The notes under the pieces: model-generated
The model's database searches: none
What the model was told of the DNA's origin: nothing
The model's input: only the letters and a program-made list of their open reading frames with translations
Origin: Microcystis aeruginosa NIES-2549
GTDB lineage: Bacteria > Cyanobacteriota > Cyanobacteriia > Cyanobacteriales > Microcystaceae
Reading direction: 5' to 3'
DNA: 32,000 nucleotides
Assembly: GCF_000981785.2 (NCBI RefSeq)
Contig: NZ_CP011304.1
Span: forward strand, 1,200,001-1,232,000
Program-made: the position numbers and the translations under genes
Shown: positions 1 to 9,214 of the stretch, in pieces
How the letters are laid out: each line of letters starts with the position of its first letter
Position numbering within the stretch: the first letter of the stretch is position 1

Positions 1-282
1 CAGAGGTAAAGTTAGGGTTCCATCGGCTAAAACAAGGAAATCGCCGCTTAAATCCGCCACTTGGTAGATGGTGACGCGCACTTTATCCCCTTCTCCTAGG
101 GTGTAATCTTTGCTTTGGGCGGGGATAGGGGCGGTCGCTTCTTTAGGGGGGGCAGCACTACTCGGAGGAGTGGCTTGGACTGAGCGAGCTTCTAAGGAAG
201 TTAGGGGGGCAATAGTGCCGATAATTAATAGATAACGTAGTGATTTACTGATTAAATCCTGTAATTGGCTGCTATTTAACAT
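1..282 (-). CDS. Polysaccharide export protein (Wza/Poly_export family), N-terminal part; the gene continues beyond the left edge
   Basis: Absent from the ORF track because it runs off the window. Hand translation of the minus strand from the ATG (complement of 280-282): MLNSSQLQDLISKSLRYLLIIGTIAPLTSLEARSVQATPPSSAAPPKEATAPIPAQSKDYTLGEGDKVRVTIYQVADLSGDFLVLADGTLTLPL. It has a signal-like N-terminus, then the Y-x-L-G-x-GD-x-V-x-V ... DG-x-L-x-LP pattern typical of the Poly_export domain. Confidence 0.6.
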   Translation of the reverse strand, partial: MLNSSQLQDLISKSLRYLLIIGTIAPLTSLEARSVQATPPSSAAPPKEATAPIPAQSKDYTLGEGDKVRVTIYQVADLSGDFLVLADGTLTLPL

Positions 283-442
283 TATCAATAGGACTAATTT
301 TATCGTTGACATTGGCGATCAGTGTAGCACAAATAGTCGATCGCCTATGGAAACCCCCTCTAATATCGCATCTATCGAGAGTTACCGCTAACTGTAAGAT
401 AGTGTTAACGATTGCCTGTATGTAAAGGGGTATATTAATTTT

Positions 443-2641
443 ATGACAGCTACTAGCACAATTCCCGATTTTTGTCAAGGGATAAAATATTTTGGGGCTT
501 CCTTACCCGAATTTGATAAATATGCAGGAAAAGCCGCTATTGCTGAGGGAAAAACCGCTATTAGTGAGGCTAATGACCCGAATGCTATCTATCAAACCCT
601 CTTAGCCGCCGATGCTTTGCGTTACCTCACCCTACAAATCACCGCTACCAAAGAATCGGGACACCCCGGCGGTTTTGCCAGCGCTGCCGATGTGATTGCC
701 TCTTTGATGATGTTAGGCCAGAAAAATATTTTCACTGAAGTGGGCCATCATGCCCCCGGTTTTTATAGTAACGTCTTTCTTGATCGCTCTCTGGAAGCCA
801 TGGGCATCAGCAACGTCACCCAATTGGGAGAACGTTTTCGGGAAAAACACGGACTTTTAGGGCATCTTTCCGGACAAATCCCCGGACTTCTTGGGCCGGC
901 CGGTCCTCTGGGCCAAGGCCAACATTTTGCCATGGCGGCGGCCAAATTACACCCTAATACCCTTTTCCCTGTGACTATCGGGGATGGTGGTTTAGGAGAA
1001 CCCTACATTATGAGTAGTTTTGGTCATTTTCATACTGCTTATCCAGAAATTACCAATTTTCTGCCGATTTTAGTCTGGAATGGCTATTCCCAAGAACACC
1101 ATAGCATGGTTTCCCTGAAAACTAACGCCGAAATGGAAGCCTATTGGCGCGGTAATGGTTTCGAGGAAGTGATTCTCATTAATGCCAAAGACTTCGATGA
1201 TGCTAATCAAAATGGGGAATATGTAGATAGCACCAAATTCTCTTTTAACCAGCGTCTGGAGTTCATGAAAGTGGTGTTAATGGCCACGGATAAAGCCGCC
1301 CAATTAGCCCTAGGTGGTAAACTAACGGTGATCATTATTAAACAACTTAAAGGGGCGGGAGTTCACAAACGGGGAGCTGCTTCCCATAATCTTTATCCAG
1401 GCGATTCTTTAGAAAAAGATTATATCGTTAGTGCCTTACAGGAACGCGCTTTACCCCCTGAAGCTTGGGCAATTGTTCGTACTAATTTCGAGCGCTCTGG
1501 AGGCGGTCCGGCAGCAGAAACAGTGGTAACGGAAAAAGTCTTGCCGCTGCCAGATTTAGGAACCTTACCGATAACCGAATATACTGTGGGTGGCGATAAA
1601 AAAGTAGCCACCACTGCCATGGGGGAATTAGTGGTAGCTGTGGGTAAAGCTGACCCCAATTTTGTTGTCACTAATGCTGATGGTAATGCCGCTTCGGGAA
1701 TTAATAATATTAACGTCGGTTTAAAGATTATTCACCCCACCACCGATGATACCTATTTCCAAGCACCTAACGGTCAAGTTTATGAGCCTTTAAGCGAGGA
1801 TGCCTGTGCCGGGTTAGCCGTCGGTTTATCTCTCTTGGGAGGGCGGACTTTATGGTGTTCCTACGAGTCTTTTGCTATCAATGGTTTACCGATTTGGCAG
1901 ACTGTAACCCAAGCGATGGCCGAGTTACGTCGTCCCACCCCTTCTACTATTACTTTATTCACCGCCGGAGCCTTAGAGCAAGGGCGTAATGGTTGGACAC
2001 ACCAACGCCCAGAGATTGAAAATTATTTCGCCGCTATGATGCGAAATGGCAATATTTTCCCTCTCTTTCCCTGCGATGCTAACAGTATTCAAGTCTGTTA
2101 TGAATGGGCCTTAGGAACCAGCAATAAAGGCATTACAATCACCGCTAGTAAATCGCCTTTACCGGTGCGAACCACCTTTGAGCAAACTCGTCAAGCTTTG
2201 GAAAAAGGCGGCGTAATTCTCCACGAATCGGAAGGCAGCAAAAAAGTCGTTTTTGCCGTCATTGGTGATATGACTTTATTACCCGTCTTTGAGTCTGCAC
2301 AACAGTTAGAAGCAGCAGGAATCGGGGTAAAAATCGTCTCGGTAATTAATCCCCGTCGTCTCTACCGTCCTAGCGATGTGATGAGTGAAACTAGCTCGGA
2401 AGCTGATAATAATTTCCTTGATGATGCTGGTTTTGACAGTCTCTTTGCCGGTGATGCTTTAATCGGAGTAACCGGTGGTACAAGCGCCATGTTAGAACCA
2501 ATTATGTTACGCAGTAATGCGCGTCGGGATGTCTTCGCTTGGAAACGGGGAGAAACCACCGCTAGTGCTGGGGAAATTATGGCCTATAATGGCTTAACTG
2601 CCAATGCTTTAACTGCGCGTGCTACCCAGTTATTAGGTTAA
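443..2641 (+). CDS. Thiamine-diphosphate enzyme of the transketolase/phosphoketolase superfamily (short 'putative phosphoketolase' type); substrate unknown
   Basis: 732-aa ORF. The N-terminus is transketolase-like (ESGHPGGFASAAD) and carries a TPP/Mg motif (TIGDGGLGEPY...WNGYS). The middle and C-terminus are phosphoketolase-like (EPLSEDACAGLAVGLSLLGGRTLWCSYESF, GWTHQRPE, FPCDANS). Confidence 0.7.
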   Translation: MTATSTIPDFCQGIKYFGASLPEFDKYAGKAAIAEGKTAISEANDPNAIYQTLLAADALRYLTLQITATKESGHPGGFASAADVIASLMMLGQKNIFTEVGHHAPGFYSNVFLDRSLEAMGISNVTQLGERFREKHGLLGHLSGQIPGLLGPAGPLGQGQHFAMAAAKLHPNTLFPVTIGDGGLGEPYIMSSFGHFHTAYPEITNFLPILVWNGYSQEHHSMVSLKTNAEMEAYWRGNGFEEVILINAKDFDDANQNGEYVDSTKFSFNQRLEFMKVVLMATDKAAQLALGGKLTVIIIKQLKGAGVHKRGAASHNLYPGDSLEKDYIVSALQERALPPEAWAIVRTNFERSGGGPAAETVVTEKVLPLPDLGTLPITEYTVGGDKKVATTAMGELVVAVGKADPNFVVTNADGNAASGINNINVGLKIIHPTTDDTYFQAPNGQVYEPLSEDACAGLAVGLSLLGGRTLWCSYESFAINGLPIWQTVTQAMAELRRPTPSTITLFTAGALEQGRNGWTHQRPEIENYFAAMMRNGNIFPLFPCDANSIQVCYEWALGTSNKGITITASKSPLPVRTTFEQTRQALEKGGVILHESEGSKKVVFAVIGDMTLLPVFESAQQLEAAGIGVKIVSVINPRRLYRPSDVMSETSSEADNNFLDDAGFDSLFAGDALIGVTGGTSAMLEPIMLRSNARRDVFAWKRGETTASAGEIMAYNGLTANALTARATQLLG

Positions 2642-2667
2642 GTTCCCAGTTAGTTTTTTTGATTATT

Positions 2668-2703
2668 CCCTACTTTCTTTGATTGAAAAGTAGGGATTTT
2701 TTT
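2668..2703 (+). terminator. Rho-independent terminator for the TPP-enzyme gene
   Basis: The stem ccctacttt (2668-2676) pairs with aaagtaggg (2687-2695) around a 10-nt loop, followed by a T7 run (2697-2703). It lies 27 nt after the stop codon. Confidence 0.6.
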
Positions 2704-2715
2704 CTCAGGTCACTT

Positions 2716-3645
2716 TTACCAACGAGGTAAACTTTTAATAATTTTCCATAGGCGAGGGTATTGGAGAGATAGATAGCGCTTAATATGGGATTTTAAACTA
2801 ACTAAATCCTGAGATTCTTTCAGTTCTCTATCTTGATAAAAACGAATTAAATCATCCCGTCTTTTCAGTAAAATTTTAATTTGTTGGTAATCTTCCGAGC
2901 TTAAAACTTGATGGGGTTGAATATTTTCTGGCAGCGGGCGCGGGATGTAAAAAGTTGTATGAGATGGTGATAATTCTTCGATAGGACGTTCTTTGGTATA
3001 GAGATAGATAGAAAGAGATTTCCGGGATAAATGCCGTTGATTTTCTGGTAAATTAATCTGAGAAAATCCATGCCATGAATATTCATTGGTTTCAAAAATA
3101 AGACAACGATTAAAGATAGGTACAAAAGATTTAATCTTATTTTCTTCTGGTTGACGAGGATTGGAATGTAACTCTAGATTTCCTCCCCAATCTGCTTGCC
3201 ATTGGGGATTTAAATAGATTAATAAATTCAAGCGGCGATGATACCAATGACGCTCATCGAGGTTAAAATCAATGTGAGGGTCTAATTCTTGACCGTGTAA
3301 ATTTTCATGGGTTCCACCCCCATAAAAACTAGGGTCTGGAATTAAATTATCAATACCGGTTAATTGGGAAATTAACTCTAAAAACTCTTGAGCTTGAATG
3401 TAGCGGCCAAACTGTTGATAAACACCCCCTAAACCGATTAAATCCTCATTAACCGCCTTCCCGCCAACTTTTCCTAACTCACTAATGGCTTTTTGCGGAT
3501 TAAAACTGGGAAAATTTTCCAGCAAAATTTGCGCTTGCTCCCTAACTAAAAAATTATCGATGACCAAATGCTTAAACGGTTGCGCTGTCTCAAAATCTTG
3601 ACGATAGACAGAAGATTTCTCATAAACAAGGGGATTAATAAACAT
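2716..3645 (-). CDS. 2-oxoglutarate/Fe(II)-dependent oxygenase (prolyl-hydroxylase-like fold)
   Basis: 309-aa ORF. It has an HxD...H facial triad (DPHIDFN ... YSWHGF) with a downstream 2OG-binding Arg context (RKSLSIYLY), and an N-terminal PFKHLVIDNFL motif common in this superfamily. Confidence 0.7.
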   Translation of the reverse strand: MFINPLVYEKSSVYRQDFETAQPFKHLVIDNFLVREQAQILLENFPSFNPQKAISELGKVGGKAVNEDLIGLGGVYQQFGRYIQAQEFLELISQLTGIDNLIPDPSFYGGGTHENLHGQELDPHIDFNLDERHWYHRRLNLLIYLNPQWQADWGGNLELHSNPRQPEENKIKSFVPIFNRCLIFETNEYSWHGFSQINLPENQRHLSRKSLSIYLYTKERPIEELSPSHTTFYIPRPLPENIQPHQVLSSEDYQQIKILLKRRDDLIRFYQDRELKESQDLVSLKSHIKRYLSLQYPRLWKIIKSLPRW

Positions 3646-3729
3646 TAGACAGCTTTTTTGTTGGTATGATGAATTGTAGCAATCAAACTGGCAAAATAAA
3701 GATTAACTCTCCTATTGACCTCATCGCCT

Positions 3730-4857
3730 ATGGACTGGTGGCACAAACTCAAAGATAATCCTCTCGCTCGTTGGGGAGCAGTTTTACTGTTAATCTTCTA
3801 TTTAAGCGTAATGGCGGCGGATTTTGTCGCTCCCTACTCTCCCTACTCCTCCCAACCCGGTCAGTCTCTCCTACCCCCCACCGAAATCTTTTGGCGCTCG
3901 CAGTCGGGAAGTAACAAGGGTGAGTGGATTGGCCCCCACGTCTATCCCACCACTCAAAGTGCTATTAATATAGAAACTGGTGAGCGGAAGCTAATGAGAG
4001 ATTTTAACAACCCCTTGCCGCTGAGTCTCTTTGTTCAGGGTGAAACCTATAATTTCGGTCAAATTCGCCTACCTTTGCCGCCAAAATGGCAGGAAGTAAC
4101 TTTATTCCCCGGTATCCCTTTTGATCTCCATCTGTTCGGAGTCATCGGCGATGGTAGAATCAATATATTGGGAACTGACGAATCGGGACGCGATAGTTTT
4201 AGTCGCCTGATTTTCGGAGGCAGAATTAGTTTATTTATCGGTTTGGTCGGGATTTTAATTTCTTTCCCTATCGGTTTATTTGTCGGTGGCGTTTCTGGCT
4301 ATTTTGGCGGTTGGTTAGATGCGATTTTAATGCGTTTTGTGGAAGTTTTAATGACTATCCCCGGCATATATTTACTCGTGGCCCTAGCGGCCGTTTTACC
4401 CGCAGGATTAACCAGCACCCAGCGCTTTTTATTAATCGTCCTGATTACTTCTTTTATCAGTTGGTCGGGATTAGCGCGAGTAATTCGCGGTCAAGTTTTA
4501 TCCCTGAAAGAACAGGAATTTATTCAGGCAGCCAAAGCTATGGGAGCAAAACCCCTTTATATTATTCTGCGTCATGTGCTGCCCCAAACTGCCAGTTATA
4601 TCATTATTTCTGCTACGTTAGCCGTGCCGGGGTTTATTGTGGCCGAATCGGTTTTAAGTTTAATTGGTTTGGGAATTCAACAACCGGATCCTAGTTGGGG
4701 AAATATGCTTTCTTTGGCTACCAATGCCTCAATTATTGTTCTACAACCCTGGTTAATTTGGCCAGCTGCTTTGTTAATTATTCTCACCGTTTTAGCTTTT
4801 AATTTACTCGGTGATGGTTTACGCGATGCCCTAGATCCTCGCAATTTAGAGAGATAA
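3730..4857 (+). CDS. ABC transporter permease, oligopeptide/dipeptide (OppC/DppC) type
   Basis: Multi-pass membrane ORF with an OppC-type N-terminus (FVAPYSPY). It also has an EAA-like loop (QEFIQAAKAMGAKPLYIILRHVLPQ) and the C-terminal LLGDGLRDALDPR signature. I chose the first ATG at 3730; the ORF track starts at TTG 3715. Confidence 0.8.
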   Translation: MDWWHKLKDNPLARWGAVLLLIFYLSVMAADFVAPYSPYSSQPGQSLLPPTEIFWRSQSGSNKGEWIGPHVYPTTQSAINIETGERKLMRDFNNPLPLSLFVQGETYNFGQIRLPLPPKWQEVTLFPGIPFDLHLFGVIGDGRINILGTDESGRDSFSRLIFGGRISLFIGLVGILISFPIGLFVGGVSGYFGGWLDAILMRFVEVLMTIPGIYLLVALAAVLPAGLTSTQRFLLIVLITSFISWSGLARVIRGQVLSLKEQEFIQAAKAMGAKPLYIILRHVLPQTASYIIISATLAVPGFIVAESVLSLIGLGIQQPDPSWGNMLSLATNASIIVLQPWLIWPAALLIILTVLAFNLLGDGLRDALDPRNLER

Positions 4858-4878
4858 TTTAGTTATTTTAGCAATGAA

Positions 4879-4902
4879 CAGTTATCAGTTCACTGATAAC
4901 TG
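4879..4902. repeat. Perfect 11-bp-arm palindrome cagttatcagt/actgataactg; member of a small dispersed repeat family
   Basis: Arms at 4879-4889 and 4892-4902 are exact reverse complements. The same 12-mer agttatcagttc recurs at 19047-19058. The right half recurs at 27018-27034 with 16/17 identity. The heptamer array at 26819 is built from the same core. Confidence 0.7.
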
Positions 4903-4932
4903 AAAAGTCTTCCCACTTCCCCACTTCCCATT

Positions 4933-6159
4933 ATGAATAAAATCAGTAAAACCTTTAATAATTTCGCCGATAGTTTGGTGATTTATAGTCAAAGATACGG
5001 AAAAATAAGCTGGTTAATATTTTTAATTATCTTTGCTTGTATCATGACGATAACCTTTAATTATCCAGCACAATCGACCAATAAAACCCAAGAAAAACCC
5101 GAAATTCGTGGAGTTTGGTTAACTAATATCGATAGTGAGGTATTATTTAAACCAGAAATCCTAAAAGATGCCCTTGATAGGTTGGCCGATTTAAACTTTA
5201 ATACTATTTATCCCACGGTCTGGAATTGGGGTTATACACTCTATCCTTCTAAGGTAGCAGAAAAAGTGACGGGACGAGCGCTCGATCCCCATGAATCTTT
5301 AAAAAATCGCGACTTTTTAAAGGAAATAATTAGCCAAGGTCATCGGAAAAAATTAAGAATTATTCCCTGGTTTGAATTTGGTTTTATGGCTCCTGCGGAT
5401 TCAGAATTAGCCAAACGACATCCCGATTGGTTAACCCAAAGACAGGATAAAAGCGTAATTTGGTGGGAAGGAAAAGTGCATCAACGTGTGTGGTTAAATC
5501 CCTTACATCCGCAAGTACAAAACTTTATTACCGATTTAGTCAGCGAGATTATTACTAACTACGATATAGAAGGAATTCAGTTTGATGACCATTTTGGTTA
5601 TCCCGCCGATTTTGGCTATGATGAAACCACGATTAAACTCTATCAAAGGGAACATTCTGGACAATTACCACCGCAAGATTACCAAGATAAAGCATGGATT
5701 CAATGGCGGGCCGATAAAATTACTGACTATATGAATAGTTTAGCCCAGACGATTAAAAAGCAGCAACCTAGAGCGATTATTTCCCTATCTCCTAATCCCT
5801 ACACTTTCTCCCTAGAATCCTATCTTTTAGATTGGCAAAAATGGCAAGAAAAAAACTTGATTGATGAGTTAATAATACAAGTGTATCGAACTGATATGAA
5901 CGCCTTTGACTGGGAATTATCACAACCAGAATTACAGCAAGCTAGAGAATCTATCCCCGTAGCTATTGGGATTTTATCTGGTTTAAAAGGTCGTCCGATT
6001 CCGATGGTTAATATTACTCAACAAGTGAAAAAATCGAGACAACAAAATTTTGGTGTTTCTTTCTTTTTCTACGAAACTTTATGGAATATGAGTAATGAAT
6101 CGCCTTCCTATCGACGCAGGATTTTTCGAGAAATACTCCAGTCTGCTAATCCTAGCTAA
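4933..6159 (+). CDS. Glycoside-hydrolase-like family 10 protein (GHL10/DUF187, YddW/YngK-like) with an N-terminal membrane anchor
   Basis: 408-aa ORF. A hydrophobic N-terminus is followed by the RGVWLTNIDS... opening and the IEGIQFDDHFGYP motif typical of GHL10 TIM-barrel proteins. Confidence 0.65.
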   Translation: MNKISKTFNNFADSLVIYSQRYGKISWLIFLIIFACIMTITFNYPAQSTNKTQEKPEIRGVWLTNIDSEVLFKPEILKDALDRLADLNFNTIYPTVWNWGYTLYPSKVAEKVTGRALDPHESLKNRDFLKEIISQGHRKKLRIIPWFEFGFMAPADSELAKRHPDWLTQRQDKSVIWWEGKVHQRVWLNPLHPQVQNFITDLVSEIITNYDIEGIQFDDHFGYPADFGYDETTIKLYQREHSGQLPPQDYQDKAWIQWRADKITDYMNSLAQTIKKQQPRAIISLSPNPYTFSLESYLLDWQKWQEKNLIDELIIQVYRTDMNAFDWELSQPELQQARESIPVAIGILSGLKGRPIPMVNITQQVKKSRQQNFGVSFFFYETLWNMSNESPSYRRRIFREILQSANPS

Positions 6160-6294
6160 AACTGCTGACTTTAAGCGAAATTATTGCCCTAATCAGGCTA
6201 TAGTTTCTTAAGTTTATCTTTAAATTAATAAAAAGCAGCAGGGAGAAACTAGAATCGCTAGAATAAAAGAAGACTCTCCCTTATCACTTTATTC

Positions 6295-9174
6295 ATGCTG
6301 ATCAGACATAACCGAAGCTCGATCGCTAAACCTATTTTACTGTTTCTTGGCTGCCTTGTGATCGGGCAGTTGGGGGTGTTAGTGGTAGCCAATAGCCTCT
6401 GGTTTACCGAGATGGGTTATTTAAACACTTTCCTGAAGCAATTATCTTGGCAACTAGGATTAGGTTGGGGAAGTGCGATTCTTTCTCTACTTTTTATCTT
6501 TACTAATTTACGTTTAGCCCAGCGTTTTCGTTGGCAAAAACCCAAAGAAGATAGTTATCCTCTTAGTCCTCAATCTCCTAGTATTAATTTACTCAGCCTT
6601 TTGATTATTGCAACGGGAATTGGAGCTTGGATCGGGTCAATGTTATTGTATTACAGTAAACTAGCCCTCAGTCTCTGGACACCGGATTTTAATCTCCCTA
6701 ACCTTAGTTCTTCCCTCAATTCTCCTCTGGAAATAGTTTGGATTAGGCAAGTATTAACCGATATTTCCAGTAATCTGTGGCAAGGGCTAATTATCGCTTT
6801 TTTAGTCTTGGGATTATTAATTAAAACCGAGTATTTTTTGCGAATAATATCTGTAGTATTTACTGTAATGCTATCTTTTATTATTGCTGGGCAGTGGGCG
6901 AATTTTTTAAAATATTTTTATGGTGTTCCTTTCAATATTAACGATCCTCAATACGGGAATGATTTAGGTTTTTACATCTTTCAATTACCCCTGTGGCAGT
7001 TACTAGAATTATGGCTCAGTGGTGTGGGAATATATACTCTTTTTGCCGTTAGTTTAACCTATCTTTTTTCGGGCGATAGTCTTTCTAAGGGAACATTTCT
7101 GGGGTTTTCCCGTCCGCAACTGCGTCATTTATACGCCCTGTGGAGTGGGTTAATGGGGCTGCTAGTATTACACCATATTATTCAGCGTTACCTGCTACTT
7201 TATTCTCCCGAAGGAGTAGTTTATGGTGCGGGTTATATCGATGCTCATGTTGGTCAATTTATTGAAATTATTCTGGGAATTATTGCAGGAATAACCTGTA
7301 TATGGTTAGGAGAAAAAGCATTATTTGGTAAAAAAGACCGTCGCAAGTTATACAAAAATACTAAGAAAAAGTTGGTATTTTCCCCCTACTTAGTTCCTGT
7401 ATTTCTCTATTTAATTGTTTGGATAAGTGGCACAATTATCAGTGGAGGATTACAAAGAATAATCGTACAACCGAATGAATTAGTGAGAGAAAGACCCTAT
7501 ATTGAAAGAAGTATTCAATCCACAAGAGCGGCTTTTTCCTTAGATAGAATTGATGCCCAAGTTTTCGATCCACAGGCCGAATTAAATGCCGAAGTTTTAG
7601 AGAGAAATCATCTAACTATCGATAATATTCGTCTTTGGGACACCAAACCACTGCTAGAAACTAACCGACAATTACAGCAAATTCGCTTATATTATAAATT
7701 CCCCGATGCTGATATTGATCGCTATCGGGTACGAGTAGGATTGCCTGAAAAAATCGAGGAACGTCAAATATCTGAAAAACAACAGACCATTATTGCCGCT
7801 AGAGAATTAGATTATAGTGCGGTTCCCACTTCTGCTAACACTTGGGTGAATAAACATCTCGTTTATACCCACGGTTATGGGTTCACTCTTTCCCCGGTTA
7901 ATTTAGTAGCTGCCGGGGGTTTACCCTACTATTTTGTCAAAGATATCGGCACAAATAAAGACGAAGGAGCCCTACAAACCTCTAGCAAATTAATTGATTA
8001 TAGTATTCCCATTGGTAAACCCCGCATTTACTACGGGGAATTAACTAATAATTATGTGATGACTCCCACCACCGCAGAAGAATTGGATTTTCCTAGCGGG
8101 GATGGAAATGTCTATAATACCTACGATGGCAAGGGAGGAATCCTAATTGGGACCGGGTGGAGACGTTGGCTATTTGCCCTTTATCTGCGGGATTGGCAAA
8201 TGTTATTTAGTCAAGATTTTACTCCCGAAACTCGGCTATTAATGCGTCGTGATATCCAAAATCGCGTGCAAACTATTGCTCCTTTTTTAAATTATGATCG
8301 CAACCCCTATTTAGTAGCGGCAGATGTGGGCGATAGTAGTAGTAAATTACATTGGATTATTGATGCTTATACTATTAGCGATCGCTATCCCTATTCTGAC
8401 CCAGGAAAAGATAAATTTAACTATATTCGCAATTCGGTGAAAGTGGTAGTGGATGCCTATCATGGAACGGTGAATTTCTATGTTGCCGATGAAAATGATC
8501 CAATTATTCAGACGTGGAGTAAAATCTTTCCTCATCTTTTTAAATCTTTAGCAGAAATGCCGAAAACTCTCCGCAGTCATATCCGTTATCCTGAAGATTT
8601 ATTTAGTACCCAAGCAGAAAGATTATTAACCTATCACATGACCGATCCGCAAGTATTTTATAATCGGGAGGATCAATGGGAAATTCCCCTAGAAATTTAC
8701 GGCACAGAACCCCAGGCCGTATCACCCTATTATTTAATCATGAAACTGCCAGATTCCGACAAAGAAGAATTTATTCTCCTCCATCCCTATACTCCCTCTA
8801 GTCGGCAAAATTTAATCGCTTGGTTGGCAGCGCGTTCAGACGATAGAGAGTATGGTAAGTTATTACTCTATCAATTTCCTAAACAAAGGTTAGTGTACGG
8901 ACCGAATCAAATTGAGGCTTTAATTAACCAAGATCCAGATATTTCTCAACAGATTTCCCTTTGGAATCGAGACGGTTCTAAAGTTTTGCAAGGACACCTA
9001 TTAATTATTCCCATTGAACAATCGCTGCTTTATGTAGAACCTTTGTATCTAGTGGCAGACCAAAATAGTGTCCCGACAATCGCTAGAGTAACAGTTGCTT
9101 ATCAAAATAAAATTGTCATGGAACCAACCTTGAAGGAAGCTTTAGAAAAGCTATTTCAAGGTGATCAGAGCTAA
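6295..9174 (+). CDS. UPF0182 family large membrane protein
   Basis: 959-aa ORF with about 7 N-terminal TM helices followed by a large soluble domain. Conserved blocks I recognise from UPF0182/COG1615: HGYGFTLSPVN, IRYPEDLF, LLYVEPLYL. Confidence 0.75.
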   Translation: MLIRHNRSSIAKPILLFLGCLVIGQLGVLVVANSLWFTEMGYLNTFLKQLSWQLGLGWGSAILSLLFIFTNLRLAQRFRWQKPKEDSYPLSPQSPSINLLSLLIIATGIGAWIGSMLLYYSKLALSLWTPDFNLPNLSSSLNSPLEIVWIRQVLTDISSNLWQGLIIAFLVLGLLIKTEYFLRIISVVFTVMLSFIIAGQWANFLKYFYGVPFNINDPQYGNDLGFYIFQLPLWQLLELWLSGVGIYTLFAVSLTYLFSGDSLSKGTFLGFSRPQLRHLYALWSGLMGLLVLHHIIQRYLLLYSPEGVVYGAGYIDAHVGQFIEIILGIIAGITCIWLGEKALFGKKDRRKLYKNTKKKLVFSPYLVPVFLYLIVWISGTIISGGLQRIIVQPNELVRERPYIERSIQSTRAAFSLDRIDAQVFDPQAELNAEVLERNHLTIDNIRLWDTKPLLETNRQLQQIRLYYKFPDADIDRYRVRVGLPEKIEERQISEKQQTIIAARELDYSAVPTSANTWVNKHLVYTHGYGFTLSPVNLVAAGGLPYYFVKDIGTNKDEGALQTSSKLIDYSIPIGKPRIYYGELTNNYVMTPTTAEELDFPSGDGNVYNTYDGKGGILIGTGWRRWLFALYLRDWQMLFSQDFTPETRLLMRRDIQNRVQTIAPFLNYDRNPYLVAADVGDSSSKLHWIIDAYTISDRYPYSDPGKDKFNYIRNSVKVVVDAYHGTVNFYVADENDPIIQTWSKIFPHLFKSLAEMPKTLRSHIRYPEDLFSTQAERLLTYHMTDPQVFYNREDQWEIPLEIYGTEPQAVSPYYLIMKLPDSDKEEFILLHPYTPSSRQNLIAWLAARSDDREYGKLLLYQFPKQRLVYGPNQIEALINQDPDISQQISLWNRDGSKVLQGHLLIIPIEQSLLYVEPLYLVADQNSVPTIARVTVAYQNKIVMEPTLKEALEKLFQGDQS

Positions 9175-9214
9175 GTAGCTGGTTATAATTAAATTAAAAA
9201 TGGATTTTAGGTTC

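Noticed and set aside
306-334. TTGACA-17 nt-ACAAAT as the promoter for the TPP-enzyme gene
   Set aside because: The -35 is perfect but the -10 is poor (3/6). I could not distinguish it from chance in AT-rich intergenic DNA, so it is not listed as a feature.
272-478. 68-aa minus-strand ORF spanning the divergent promoter and the start of the TPP-enzyme gene
   Set aside because: It overlaps the start of a well-supported gene and the promoter region. Cys/Ile/Asn-rich with no motif.
4311-4694. 127-aa alternative-frame ORF within the ABC permease gene
   Set aside because: It lies on the same strand in a different frame, with a Cys/Arg/Ser-rich unnatural composition. The permease frame has conserved signatures across the region.
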